Of a DNA stretch of 24,163 nt, positions 1-8,626 are shown piece after piece (within the stretch, counting starts at the first letter, position 1; every line of letters starts with the position of its first letter). A model generated the notes under the pieces. It did not search any database and was not told the DNA's origin. It was given only the letters and a program-made list of their open reading frames with translations. Both the position numbers and the translations under genes were made by a program. Origin of the DNA: Nannocystales bacterium (GTDB lineage: Bacteria; Myxococcota_A; Polyangia; Nannocystales; Nannocystaceae); contig JBOEGF010000009.1 of the NCBI GenBank assembly GCA_050633305.1, positions 6,149 through 30,311 on the forward strand, given 5' to 3'.

Positions 1-130
1 CCGCAGGTACCCCTCCGGGCGAAACAAACCACGAACAGCCTACCTTGTGGCGAATGTGCTGTTGTTGGTCCAAGGCGGCGCAACGCCGCCCATCAGGCTA
101 ACAAACTCTGTCCCCGCCCCCTTCTCGAAA
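1..130 (-). ncRNA. Putative retron msr-msd ncRNA, Mx162-like, truncated by the window edge
   Basis: The minus strand reads tAGCctgatg-GGCGGCG-TTG-CGCCGCC-ttggaccaacaacagcacattcgccaCAAGGTAGGCTGTTCgtgg. The perfect 7-bp hairpin is at 74-90, the candidate branching G at 98 and the CAAGGTAGGCTGTTC block at 33-47. The order and identity of these motifs match my recollection of the Myxococcus xanthus Mx162 msr/msd. It lies directly downstream of the HEAT/SWIM/WGR operon. The 5' boundary is approximate, and the a1 repeat and RT gene are not in the window. Confidence 0.75.
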
Positions 131-209
131 CATGTTCCAGCAGGTCGAGTGAACAATCACCCGAGGCACTTGCAGAAGTATCAAATTTGTCCGGTGCGGT
201 CACGATCAT

Positions 210-2021
210 TCACATCGATTCCGACGCACTCGCATCAACAAATCCCTTGTCGCCCAAGGTGTCCAAGCGTGAGAAGTACTCGGTCTTCGCGCCATCGGCA
301 TCGGTGAAGAACAGCTTCTGCACCCGCATGCGTTCGGGGTGTTCCCCCCACCGCACCACCACACGTCGGTCGTCTAACGAAAGCCGGTAGGTCATCACAC
401 CGCCGCGGCGACGACGGGTCATGATCCGCGTCTCTGCGACGATGAGTTTTCGTCCCTGCGGGGTGTTTCGTGCCGCTTCTAGCTCTGTTTGCGCCCGGGC
501 GTGCGCCAGCCGCAACGCGATCATCGGCACCGTCGGCCCTTCTCGTAGACCCGCTCTCCGGAATTGCGGACTGGTGCAATCCGCGTCGACGGTGCGGCCT
601 TCTCGGTCGAGTGTGAAGGACGTCTTGTAGGTCCTGTGGGCGACCGTATCGTTGACCTCGCCTTCGATGCGCGTGCCTTCCTGCGGCAGGTTGTGTACGC
701 GGGTGATGTTCACAGCCCCGTCTTGCGCCAGAAGCCGGTGGGCCTCGCGCTCGTTGTCGTCGCGGTACCGCAACTCCTCGGTCGACGGGGGATCTTCCAT
801 GAGCGCGCGTCGCACCAAGGCGCCGCTGGCCATGTCCTTCAGGAGCATGCCCCGTTGCATCTCGTGGAGTACCGCCCGGCGCACGTCGCCCACGGGTCGG
901 TCCACCGAGGTCGCCAACGCAGCCAACGTCTGGGGACCTTCGTCAAGAACCTCCATCACGCGCCGAGAGAGCACTTCATCCACCCCGGTCGCGGACAACA
1001 GGTCGAACGTAGCGATCCCCGCCCAGCCGCTGTCGGTCCACCCCGAAAGCGCAAGCGTGAGCGTGGCGTCGCCCAAGTCGATCACGTAGTACGCAGGCAA
1101 GCCCGCACCCACGAGGTGCACGGTGACCGACTTCGCGTGTGGCAACAGAGGCGCCAGAGCACCCAGGCGCCGACGCCCCCAGGTTCGAACGACGGTGGGA
1201 GCGGAACCGCCGTAGGCATCCCCCGTGGCTTCGAGCACGGTTTCCCACGGCTCGAGCACCAGCCGTGGACGCTCGCCGGGCACCAACTCGTAGCGAAGTG
1301 CCCGCGGAGAGGTCTTCGCGCGGTGCAGCCGTAGCGACAGCAGCAGGTTGTAGAGGTCGATAGGGTTGAGGGAGAAGGAGGTGCTGGGCAGCGTGGATGC
1401 GGCTTGCACCTGACCGAAGGCCCTCAGCCAGCGGTGCGGAACGTGGAAGTCTCGCGACTCCCCGCCGTGGGCAGGCCGCAACTCCAGCGATGTGCTCCGG
1501 TACGACCGCACCCGCCCCACCGCGCGCTGCAAGGGCTCCGCGGTGAGATCGAGGTGCGACGTGCCCGGCGTGGACTGCTTCACATCGAGCGAGGCACCGG
1601 CCTTGAGGTGCAACCGAGCGTAGGCGGACTCGTCAGCCGAGAACACCTCCAGCGACAGCCCGGTATCGTCCACGTGCACGATGGGATCGAGTGGCGCTTC
1701 GTCGTGCTCGCTCTCGCCAAACTTCTGCGCGAGGTACGCCTTTTGGGCGTTCCACACCTCTTGGCTTACCCGCTTCCCCTTGGACAGCAGGTACGCCAGG
1801 TAGTCCTCGCGACTGGTCGCCTTGCGACGCAGGTCCGAGGTGAGGATGTCGTGCATGGTTCGAAGCGCATCCCGAACAACGCCTGGGCGCTGCAACGCGG
1901 CCTGCAACGACGCGCCGGACCGAAGCCCGTCGGTGGACAGCGTGAGGGTGAAACGATCTCCGTCCGGCCGGGTTTCGGGCTGCGACTCGTAACGAACGGC
2001 GGTGGCGGTGCTCTGCGACAT
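210..2021 (-). CDS. SWIM-zinc-finger-family protein (degenerate ligands) with a winged-helix-like segment and C-terminal WGR-like domain; putative retron-associated protein
   Basis: 603-aa ORF from ATG 2021 (or 604 aa from GTG 2024), overlapping the upstream stop (GTGATG) with AGGA upstream. It has a family-like block LDPIVHVDDTGLSLEVFSADESAYARL, a SWIM-position segment DCTSPQFRRAGLREGPTVPMIALR, and a C-terminal YRLSLDDRRVVVRWG...FFTDADGAKTEYFSRLDTLGDKGF that fits the WGR pattern. Confidence 0.8.
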   Translation of the reverse strand: MSQSTATAVRYESQPETRPDGDRFTLTLSTDGLRSGASLQAALQRPGVVRDALRTMHDILTSDLRRKATSREDYLAYLLSKGKRVSQEVWNAQKAYLAQKFGESEHDEAPLDPIVHVDDTGLSLEVFSADESAYARLHLKAGASLDVKQSTPGTSHLDLTAEPLQRAVGRVRSYRSTSLELRPAHGGESRDFHVPHRWLRAFGQVQAASTLPSTSFSLNPIDLYNLLLSLRLHRAKTSPRALRYELVPGERPRLVLEPWETVLEATGDAYGGSAPTVVRTWGRRRLGALAPLLPHAKSVTVHLVGAGLPAYYVIDLGDATLTLALSGWTDSGWAGIATFDLLSATGVDEVLSRRVMEVLDEGPQTLAALATSVDRPVGDVRRAVLHEMQRGMLLKDMASGALVRRALMEDPPSTEELRYRDDNEREAHRLLAQDGAVNITRVHNLPQEGTRIEGEVNDTVAHRTYKTSFTLDREGRTVDADCTSPQFRRAGLREGPTVPMIALRLAHARAQTELEAARNTPQGRKLIVAETRIMTRRRRGGVMTYRLSLDDRRVVVRWGEHPERMRVQKLFFTDADGAKTEYFSRLDTLGDKGFVDASASESM

Positions 2022-5000
2022 CACGCGTGTTCCTGGCGTTGGGTGGTGGTGGTGCGACGTTGCGCGCGTCGCAGCGCTCGGAAGATGGCTTTGCGGAGCG
2101 ACTCATCAGCGCCATCGCTGTCGAGCAAGCCTTGCAACGTCGAAACGGATTCGTTCCCGCCCAGGCGCCCCAATGCCGCAATCGCGGTGAGCCTTGCCGT
2201 GCCATCGCCTTCGGTGGCGAGCGAACGCAGCGCATCCGTACGCGAGGACTGTAGGGCCCGCGGCAACAACGTCGGCCGCGACGCATCCGAGGAAAGCGCG
2301 GCCTCGGCGTTCTTGTCGAGTGCCGCATGAGCCAGCGCCGCTGCGACCCGGCCGTCGGTGACCTCCGAGGACAGGGCGACAGCGCCCGCTTGCCCAGGGT
2401 CCATGGAGGCGATCGCACGCGCAGCCGCAACGCGAACCCGCGAGTCGTGGTGCCGCAACAAGCCGCGTACCACGGGAAGCCCAGCCGTCTCGCCCGCGGC
2501 TTCCAGCAGCCGAATGGCTTCGGCCAACACCGCAGGCGGAGCTTTGTCGTGCCCCAAGACCTCCTGAGCCACTGCGCCATCGGCCTTGCCGCGCCGCACT
2601 GCCCATAGACACGCGCGCCATGCTTCGGCCTCGGCCTCCCGGTGCGCGGCATCGGTGCCCACGGTCAGCGCATCCCACCGGGCTGCGCTCTTCTTGGCCG
2701 CCGCCGCCGCAGCCCCGGCGAGGTCTGCCGACTCCGCCGCACCTGCAAGCCACGCCGCGTCGGCGCGAACACCGGGAGCATCGTGCCCGAGGAGTTCTGC
2801 GATGGCTGCAGCGGGCAGCGCCCCACGTCGGACCAAGCCGCGACGCAAGCGAGCTCGGACCGGTGCGCTCTCGATGTGAGGCAGGCGTTCCAACAGGGAC
2901 GACGGGTCACCGTTGCGGGCCAAGAACCCGGCCGCAGGCTCGGCGACGTCGTTGTGCGGACTACGAATGCGAGCCATGTTTACCCGGGTGGTGTCCTCGG
3001 GAAACACCAACGCCAGGGCCTTGGACGCCACCGACCGCAGTCCGCGGTCATCATCGGACAGGGCTTCGGCCAGGACCGCCTCCGAGGAGGTGTTGCCCAG
3101 CTCGCCCAGCAACGTCGCTGCGTGACGTCGGACGGTGGCGTCTTCGAACGCATCGGCCACCGCCGCTTCGAGCAGGCCTCGGCTTCGCTCGTCGCCCGCC
3201 CATCGCAGTCCCGTCAGTGCCCGCGTCCGAACCTGGCTCTCGCCCTCGGCCGCCGCGGTCTCCACTGTTTTCCGGATCCTCGCTTGGGTGTCCGCGTCAT
3301 CGAATCGACCGAGCATTCGGCCCAGCGCCTCGATGGCAACAGGCGCCAATGCCTGGTCCTCATCGGACAGCTCGGCATCGGGGTCGAGCAACGCCTCGAT
3401 GTCCGGCAAGCATCGCGGGTCGGCGAGATGACCCAAGGCCAACAGCGCCCGCTCGCGCTCGGGTTGCTCTCCCGCGCCAAGCACCAAGAGCAGCGGCTGC
3501 AGCGCTTCGGGGCGCTGACGCTTGGCCATCCCCGCGGCGGCAGGCAACACAAGGTCTCGACGACCCCGGCGCAGCGCAGCGCCCAACGCGTCGAGTCCAG
3601 CGCCGTCGACGGCCTCGGCTCGGAACGCCACCGCTTCGGCGGCTGCGACCCGAACCGTCTCGTCACGGTCGTCGAGCAGTCGCGCCAAGACAGCTTCGGC
3701 CTTGGCATCGTCGACGTCGCGGCACGCTGCGACCGCCTGGGCCCGCATCTGCGGGTCGGCGTGGTGCGCTGACGCGTCGATGTAGCGCAGCGCCCGCGCA
3801 TCGTCGAAGCGTCGGCGAGTCCGACCGTCGGGAAGGGTCCGGGAAGGCTCGCTGCGGTGACGCGCCAAGCTGAGCAAGGCATCGAACGCCCGTGTTCCGG
3901 TCCCCACGTCGTCGGCCCGGACCATCCGCAGCAGCGGCGCTTCGCCGTCCGGATGTCCGACCTGTGCGATCGCCTGCACCACAGACGGAACATCCGCGGT
4001 CTGGTCGGGGTCGTCTTCCAATCGCGAGGCCAAGATGCGCGCGACCGCACCGGCCGTCTCTTCGACCTCCCGTGCCCGCACCAGCGTCACCAAGCCGTCG
4101 AGTGCCCGACGGACCACCCGCGATTCGTCGTGCCGCAAGAACCCTGCCAGCACATCGCCGGCTCGTACGTCACCACGCTTGGCCAGCGCACTCGCGGCCC
4201 GCTCGCGTAGGTCCTCGTGGTCGCTCTCCAGAGCTCGAGCCAACGCTTCGTCGACTCGAGCGTCCTGGGCATCGACCAGACGGGTGACCACCGAGAGCCG
4301 GACGTCCGCGAAGCGGCTGCCCAGCGCAACCAGCCACGGCTCCAAGCTCCCCGCCTCGAACAGCTGCTGGATCTTCTGGACCCCGTGACTGCGTACGTCC
4401 TTGGCGGCGGCGTTGACAGAGTCGAGTGCCAGCACCCGGGCGGAGTCGTCACCGTGCAATGCGCGAGCGACCAGCGTATCGACGGCCCCACGCCCCACAT
4501 CGGCGTAGCTTGCCTGCAACGCGAGCGACGCGGGAGTGGTGTCTCCCTCGCTGTACAGGGAGGACAGGGTGGTGCTGGCCGCCTTGCGCACCAGGTGATT
4601 CGGGTCGGACAGGGCCCGGCGCACCGCGGGCAACACCGCTGCACGCCCCACGTGGGGCGACTGGGCCAACGCACCGAGCCGTGCCAGCGCGTCGCGTCGT
4701 ACCCGGTGCGTCTCGTCCGCCGCCCCTGCAACCGGAGCTTGTCGCACCAGACCCACATAGGTCCCAAACACCACCTGGTCCAGGTCTTCGGTGCCGGACG
4801 GCGACGAGGGCACCGTTCGCGGGTTGGGTCCGCCCGCGTAACGGATCACTTCGAGCACTCGGCGGCTGAGGTCTTCAGGGCGTTTGCCTGTCGTCAGCGT
4901 GGCTGTCAAACGGCGAATCCAGCTGCGCTTGCGAGACTGCGGTGCTTCGCGTTCGGGCGCGGTCGCGGGCGCATCCGAGACGCCGCTGGGTTTGGGCCCC

Positions 5001-8000
5001 TGCAAGCGCTTGGCCTCCCGCCAGAACGCCTCGGGCTGCGGCCGCAGCGACAACACCCGCGCGGCCGCGTAACGCGTGGCCGGCTCATCGCTGGCCAGCA
5101 CCGAGATTAGGATCCCAAGCATTGCCCGGCGCTCGGCCTCGGGTGGCCACTTGGCGAGTTCAGACGCCCGGTCGGGCTTGCGTGGGCCGACCAACTCTTC
5201 GAGCAACGGACCGAGCGCACCGGGATCTTCGCTGCGCACCTCCAACACCCGGGCCGCCGCGAAGCGCAACTCGGGGCTGGAGGCTGCCAATGCAGCGGCG
5301 AGCAGGTCGGGTGCCAAGCCGGAGCGGGCCAGCGCCACATCACGCGCCACCACGATCGAGAACACCAGGTCCTGAATCTCGCGGTCGGTGTCTTCGAGTC
5401 CCTGCAGCACTCCGCGGAGGCCCTCGTGGCCCAGCGCAACGAAGCTGAGGATCGCGCCGAGACGGATCGGCTTGTGGTCGTGGGCCAAGGTCCCGGCGAG
5501 AACCGGTACAGCGCGCACATCCCCAAGCCGGGCCAAGCCTTCGGCCACCCAGCTGCGGACCGGTAGGTCGTCGTGGGAAAGCGCGGCCACCAGGGGGCGC
5601 TCGAGCCCGGGCTTGACCGCTCCCGCCAACCCGCGGCCACCCATCTCCCGCACGTGCCCGTCACCATCGTCGAGCAGCGTCACGTAGGCCGCCATCGAGG
5701 CAGCGTCGGCGACATCGGCCATCGCTGCAGACGCTCGGCGACGAATGTCGTCCGACGGCCGATTGATATCCCCGCTGGGCAACGCCAAGAGGGCAGCCAT
5801 CGGTGCGACCGCGTCCGTAATGCGGCGCTTTCCGTGCAGCTCGGCCGCACGAACCCGTAGCGTCCAGAATTTGCTGCTGTACGCGGTGGCGAACGCGTTT
5901 TGGTCCTTGGGGAACAAGGCATCGAGCGCTTCGATCGCGGCCTCGTGGACGGGCACCGACAGATCGTCGAGCAAGTCGGTGAGGTGTACGCGTAGCGCCT
6001 CGAGTCCCTCGCCCTTTGCATTTTTTGCGCCGCGACAGCCCGCAGCTCGTACCGCAGCGCGAGGCGATTGCGTCGCGGCGAGGTGCACCTGTGCTCGGGC
6101 TTTCCCCGCCTTCTTCCGGGCCTTGTTCTTCTTGCTGTCGGTCAGCGCCGCGTAGGCTGCCAGCCCCACAGACTCGTTGCCGTCGCCAACCATGGTCAGC
6201 AGCAGCGAAGTCGCCCAGTCGCCATCGGTGCGATCGAGCTCGGCGACCACCTGCTGGCGGGTGTCCGCATGTCGGGACGCCGAGGCACGCTCCAACATCG
6301 GCTGGGGCGTGTCGCTGTGCCATGCCCACAACGTCTTGTAAGCCGTGGCGCGCACCTTGCCGCTCTCATCATCGAGCGCGGCCGACAGCAACCCGTCCGC
6401 CGTGGCGTGGTTGGCGGGGGCAGCCTTGGGCCCATGTCCGACGATGATCGCCAGCGCCTTGGCGCGCATGTCGTCCTGACCGCTCTGCATCGCGACGGCA
6501 GCGACCTCGAGCGCGCCCACATCCCCACGGGGTTGCGCCAGCGCGGCAAGGGCATCGAATGCATCGGTGCGCACGCCAGGGTCGGAGTCGTCGAGCAGCC
6601 ACTGCAGCCGGGTGCGGATGCGGTCGTCGGCCGGCATCGCCTCACCTGCGAGATGCAGGGTGTCCACCACAGCACGCCGCAAGCCATGGTCAGCTTCGCG
6701 GCTGAGCTGCAACAGCGCCCCGGTTGCCCGCGGGTCCTGCAGCAGCGCCAGCCCACGGGCGCCCCGCAACGCAGTGTCGGGGTGGCGGCAGTTGAGCGCT
6801 GCAAACAACGATGCCCGGTCATCTTCGTTGGGCGTGCTGTCCTTGGCGGCCGCCAGGAGTAGTGGCCCCTGTTTGTGCGCGAGGTCGATGGCTGCGCGGA
6901 ACTCCCCATCGAGGCGGTACAAGGTGCGGCCGAGCACCACCCGTGCCGATGCGGCCACGATGAACGCCATCTGGCGGACGCGGGAGTCATCATCATCCAG
7001 AGCGGCCTCGACCAATGCCGCGCCCTCGGGGGTCTCGGACGCCCGCGTACGACCCAACCAGAACAGCCCGGACGCGCGAACGTCTTGGGGGCCCCGTGCC
7101 AACGCAACCCGAGCCGGCTCGACCGAACCTTTCGGTTCCAAGGCCACCAAGGCCTCGAACGCGGCGTGCCGCACCTTGGACTCTCGGTCACTCAAGCGTT
7201 CGGCAACCAAGCCGGGCACCAACGCGGACTGCTTGCGAAGCGGCGGAAGGGCGCCCAGCGCCCGAACCCGGAGGTCGGTATGTGAGCCGCTGACGGCCGC
7301 GCGCAGAGTGGAGATCGGATCGTCCTTGTCGATCCGCAGCAGCAAACCTTCGAAGGCCGTGCCGCGGACCTTCTTGTCGTCATCACCCAGGGCGCTGCGC
7401 AGAGCGGCACGAACCCGTCGATTGCCCGACCGCCCCAGCACGTCGGCGGCGAGGAGCCTCACCTCTGGCTTGTTGTCGCGTTCCAGTGCGCGCTCGATGA
7501 GCAACCGTGCGTCATCCTCGGGATGCTCTGCCAGGGCTTTGATCGCAGCGATACGAACCTTGGTGCCCGAGGCACCGAGCTGTTCGGTTCGCTCGGCCAG
7601 CTCCCCGTGCACCCGCTCGGTCTCGTCTGCGATGGTGCCTTGCTCATCGAGCGTGAGCGCAACCAAGGAACGCTTGGCATCGATGGCGACCAGCGAACCG
7701 CCGCGCTTGTCCTGCTTGGCGCGGGCGCTCGAGGGCAGCCACACCAGCCCCGTGAGCGCAGCGCTCCCAAGCTCGACCGTCTTGGGCTTGCGCCGGGTCT
7801 CCAGCGGCCACGACTTGACCACCCCGTCAGCACCCGCAGAGAACAAACGCCGAGGAATATCCCGACCGGCCTCGTCTCGCAGCACCGGGCCGAGCACCAG
7901 GCTCACCACCGCCCGCTCGTGGGCGGCATCTTTGGAGCGGTCCTCTTCATCAGCCGCACCGTCGAGGTAGCTGATCCGCAGCGAGCCGTCGCCGCACCCC

Positions 8001-8626
8001 GCCACCACCCGACCGTCGTCGGTCACGACCAGGGCCCGGACACCACCTTCGCCCGTGGGCATCTCCCGCACCGGTGCATTCTCCAGGTCGTCTAACTCGA
8101 CCACTCGCACGACGCCATCGTCCCCGCCGGTCACCACGCGGGCGCGCACGGGGTCGAAGCCCACGGTGCGGAGAGGCCGGGGGCTGAGCCCACGCTGACC
8201 GATCCGATCGAGTCGCGGCTTTCCATCCTGGACCACCAACCGATAGGCGCCCACCCGGCCGCTCTCGGTGACCACCGCCAGCGACGTCCCTGCGGCGTCG
8301 CTGGCCATCCCCAGCACACCACCACTGGGACCGTCGTGGGACCCCAACGCAGCGGGCTCGGCCGCTTCCGCATCCACCAACCGTAGGGACCCATCGGTCC
8401 CGCCCACGACCAGCAGGTCGTTGGAAAGAAACACCATCGCCCCAACGGCCGTCGGGATGGAAAGCGATGCAGCATGGCTGCGTTTGCCCGTGGCGAACAG
8501 ATGAATCGACGAGCTTTCCACGTCGGCATCCCGCGCACCTGCGATGGCAAACCGACGAGCCGAGCCCGCGACGGCGCGGAGCTGCTCGAGGAACGGGGCG
8601 AACTTTTTCTTCGCGTTGCTGCTCAC
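2021..8626 (-). CDS. Giant N-terminal WD40 beta-propeller + HEAT/PBS-lyase repeat protein (2201 aa)
   Basis: 6.6-kb ORF with a GTG start, GGAGG RBS and GTGA overlap with the upstream gene. The first ~340 aa have WD40-like blades (VGGTDGSLRLVD, TGGDDGVVRVVE, AGCGDGSLRISY, SAGADGVVKSW). The rest has many HEAT-like units (ALGDDDKKVRGTAFEGL, LSDRESKVRHAAFEAL, LLDDRDETVRVAAAEAV). Confidence 0.92.
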   Translation of the reverse strand: MSSNAKKKFAPFLEQLRAVAGSARRFAIAGARDADVESSSIHLFATGKRSHAASLSIPTAVGAMVFLSNDLLVVGGTDGSLRLVDAEAAEPAALGSHDGPSGGVLGMASDAAGTSLAVVTESGRVGAYRLVVQDGKPRLDRIGQRGLSPRPLRTVGFDPVRARVVTGGDDGVVRVVELDDLENAPVREMPTGEGGVRALVVTDDGRVVAGCGDGSLRISYLDGAADEEDRSKDAAHERAVVSLVLGPVLRDEAGRDIPRRLFSAGADGVVKSWPLETRRKPKTVELGSAALTGLVWLPSSARAKQDKRGGSLVAIDAKRSLVALTLDEQGTIADETERVHGELAERTEQLGASGTKVRIAAIKALAEHPEDDARLLIERALERDNKPEVRLLAADVLGRSGNRRVRAALRSALGDDDKKVRGTAFEGLLLRIDKDDPISTLRAAVSGSHTDLRVRALGALPPLRKQSALVPGLVAERLSDRESKVRHAAFEALVALEPKGSVEPARVALARGPQDVRASGLFWLGRTRASETPEGAALVEAALDDDDSRVRQMAFIVAASARVVLGRTLYRLDGEFRAAIDLAHKQGPLLLAAAKDSTPNEDDRASLFAALNCRHPDTALRGARGLALLQDPRATGALLQLSREADHGLRRAVVDTLHLAGEAMPADDRIRTRLQWLLDDSDPGVRTDAFDALAALAQPRGDVGALEVAAVAMQSGQDDMRAKALAIIVGHGPKAAPANHATADGLLSAALDDESGKVRATAYKTLWAWHSDTPQPMLERASASRHADTRQQVVAELDRTDGDWATSLLLTMVGDGNESVGLAAYAALTDSKKNKARKKAGKARAQVHLAATQSPRAAVRAAGCRGAKNAKGEGLEALRVHLTDLLDDLSVPVHEAAIEALDALFPKDQNAFATAYSSKFWTLRVRAAELHGKRRITDAVAPMAALLALPSGDINRPSDDIRRRASAAMADVADAASMAAYVTLLDDGDGHVREMGGRGLAGAVKPGLERPLVAALSHDDLPVRSWVAEGLARLGDVRAVPVLAGTLAHDHKPIRLGAILSFVALGHEGLRGVLQGLEDTDREIQDLVFSIVVARDVALARSGLAPDLLAAALAASSPELRFAAARVLEVRSEDPGALGPLLEELVGPRKPDRASELAKWPPEAERRAMLGILISVLASDEPATRYAAARVLSLRPQPEAFWREAKRLQGPKPSGVSDAPATAPEREAPQSRKRSWIRRLTATLTTGKRPEDLSRRVLEVIRYAGGPNPRTVPSSPSGTEDLDQVVFGTYVGLVRQAPVAGAADETHRVRRDALARLGALAQSPHVGRAAVLPAVRRALSDPNHLVRKAASTTLSSLYSEGDTTPASLALQASYADVGRGAVDTLVARALHGDDSARVLALDSVNAAAKDVRSHGVQKIQQLFEAGSLEPWLVALGSRFADVRLSVVTRLVDAQDARVDEALARALESDHEDLRERAASALAKRGDVRAGDVLAGFLRHDESRVVRRALDGLVTLVRAREVEETAGAVARILASRLEDDPDQTADVPSVVQAIAQVGHPDGEAPLLRMVRADDVGTGTRAFDALLSLARHRSEPSRTLPDGRTRRRFDDARALRYIDASAHHADPQMRAQAVAACRDVDDAKAEAVLARLLDDRDETVRVAAAEAVAFRAEAVDGAGLDALGAALRRGRRDLVLPAAAGMAKRQRPEALQPLLLVLGAGEQPERERALLALGHLADPRCLPDIEALLDPDAELSDEDQALAPVAIEALGRMLGRFDDADTQARIRKTVETAAAEGESQVRTRALTGLRWAGDERSRGLLEAAVADAFEDATVRRHAATLLGELGNTSSEAVLAEALSDDDRGLRSVASKALALVFPEDTTRVNMARIRSPHNDVAEPAAGFLARNGDPSSLLERLPHIESAPVRARLRRGLVRRGALPAAAIAELLGHDAPGVRADAAWLAGAAESADLAGAAAAAAKKSAARWDALTVGTDAAHREAEAEAWRACLWAVRRGKADGAVAQEVLGHDKAPPAVLAEAIRLLEAAGETAGLPVVRGLLRHHDSRVRVAAARAIASMDPGQAGAVALSSEVTDGRVAAALAHAALDKNAEAALSSDASRPTLLPRALQSSRTDALRSLATEGDGTARLTAIAALGRLGGNESVSTLQGLLDSDGADESLRKAIFRALRRAQRRTTTTQRQEHA

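Noticed and set aside
74..90. Hairpin read as an intrinsic terminator of the operon
   Set aside because: No proper U-tract follows on the minus strand, and the flanking motifs fit an msr stem-loop better. A terminator role is not fully excluded.
47..307. 86-aa plus-strand ORF over the left edge
   Set aside because: No protein-like features; it overlaps the SWIM gene end and the region better explained as retron ncRNA.
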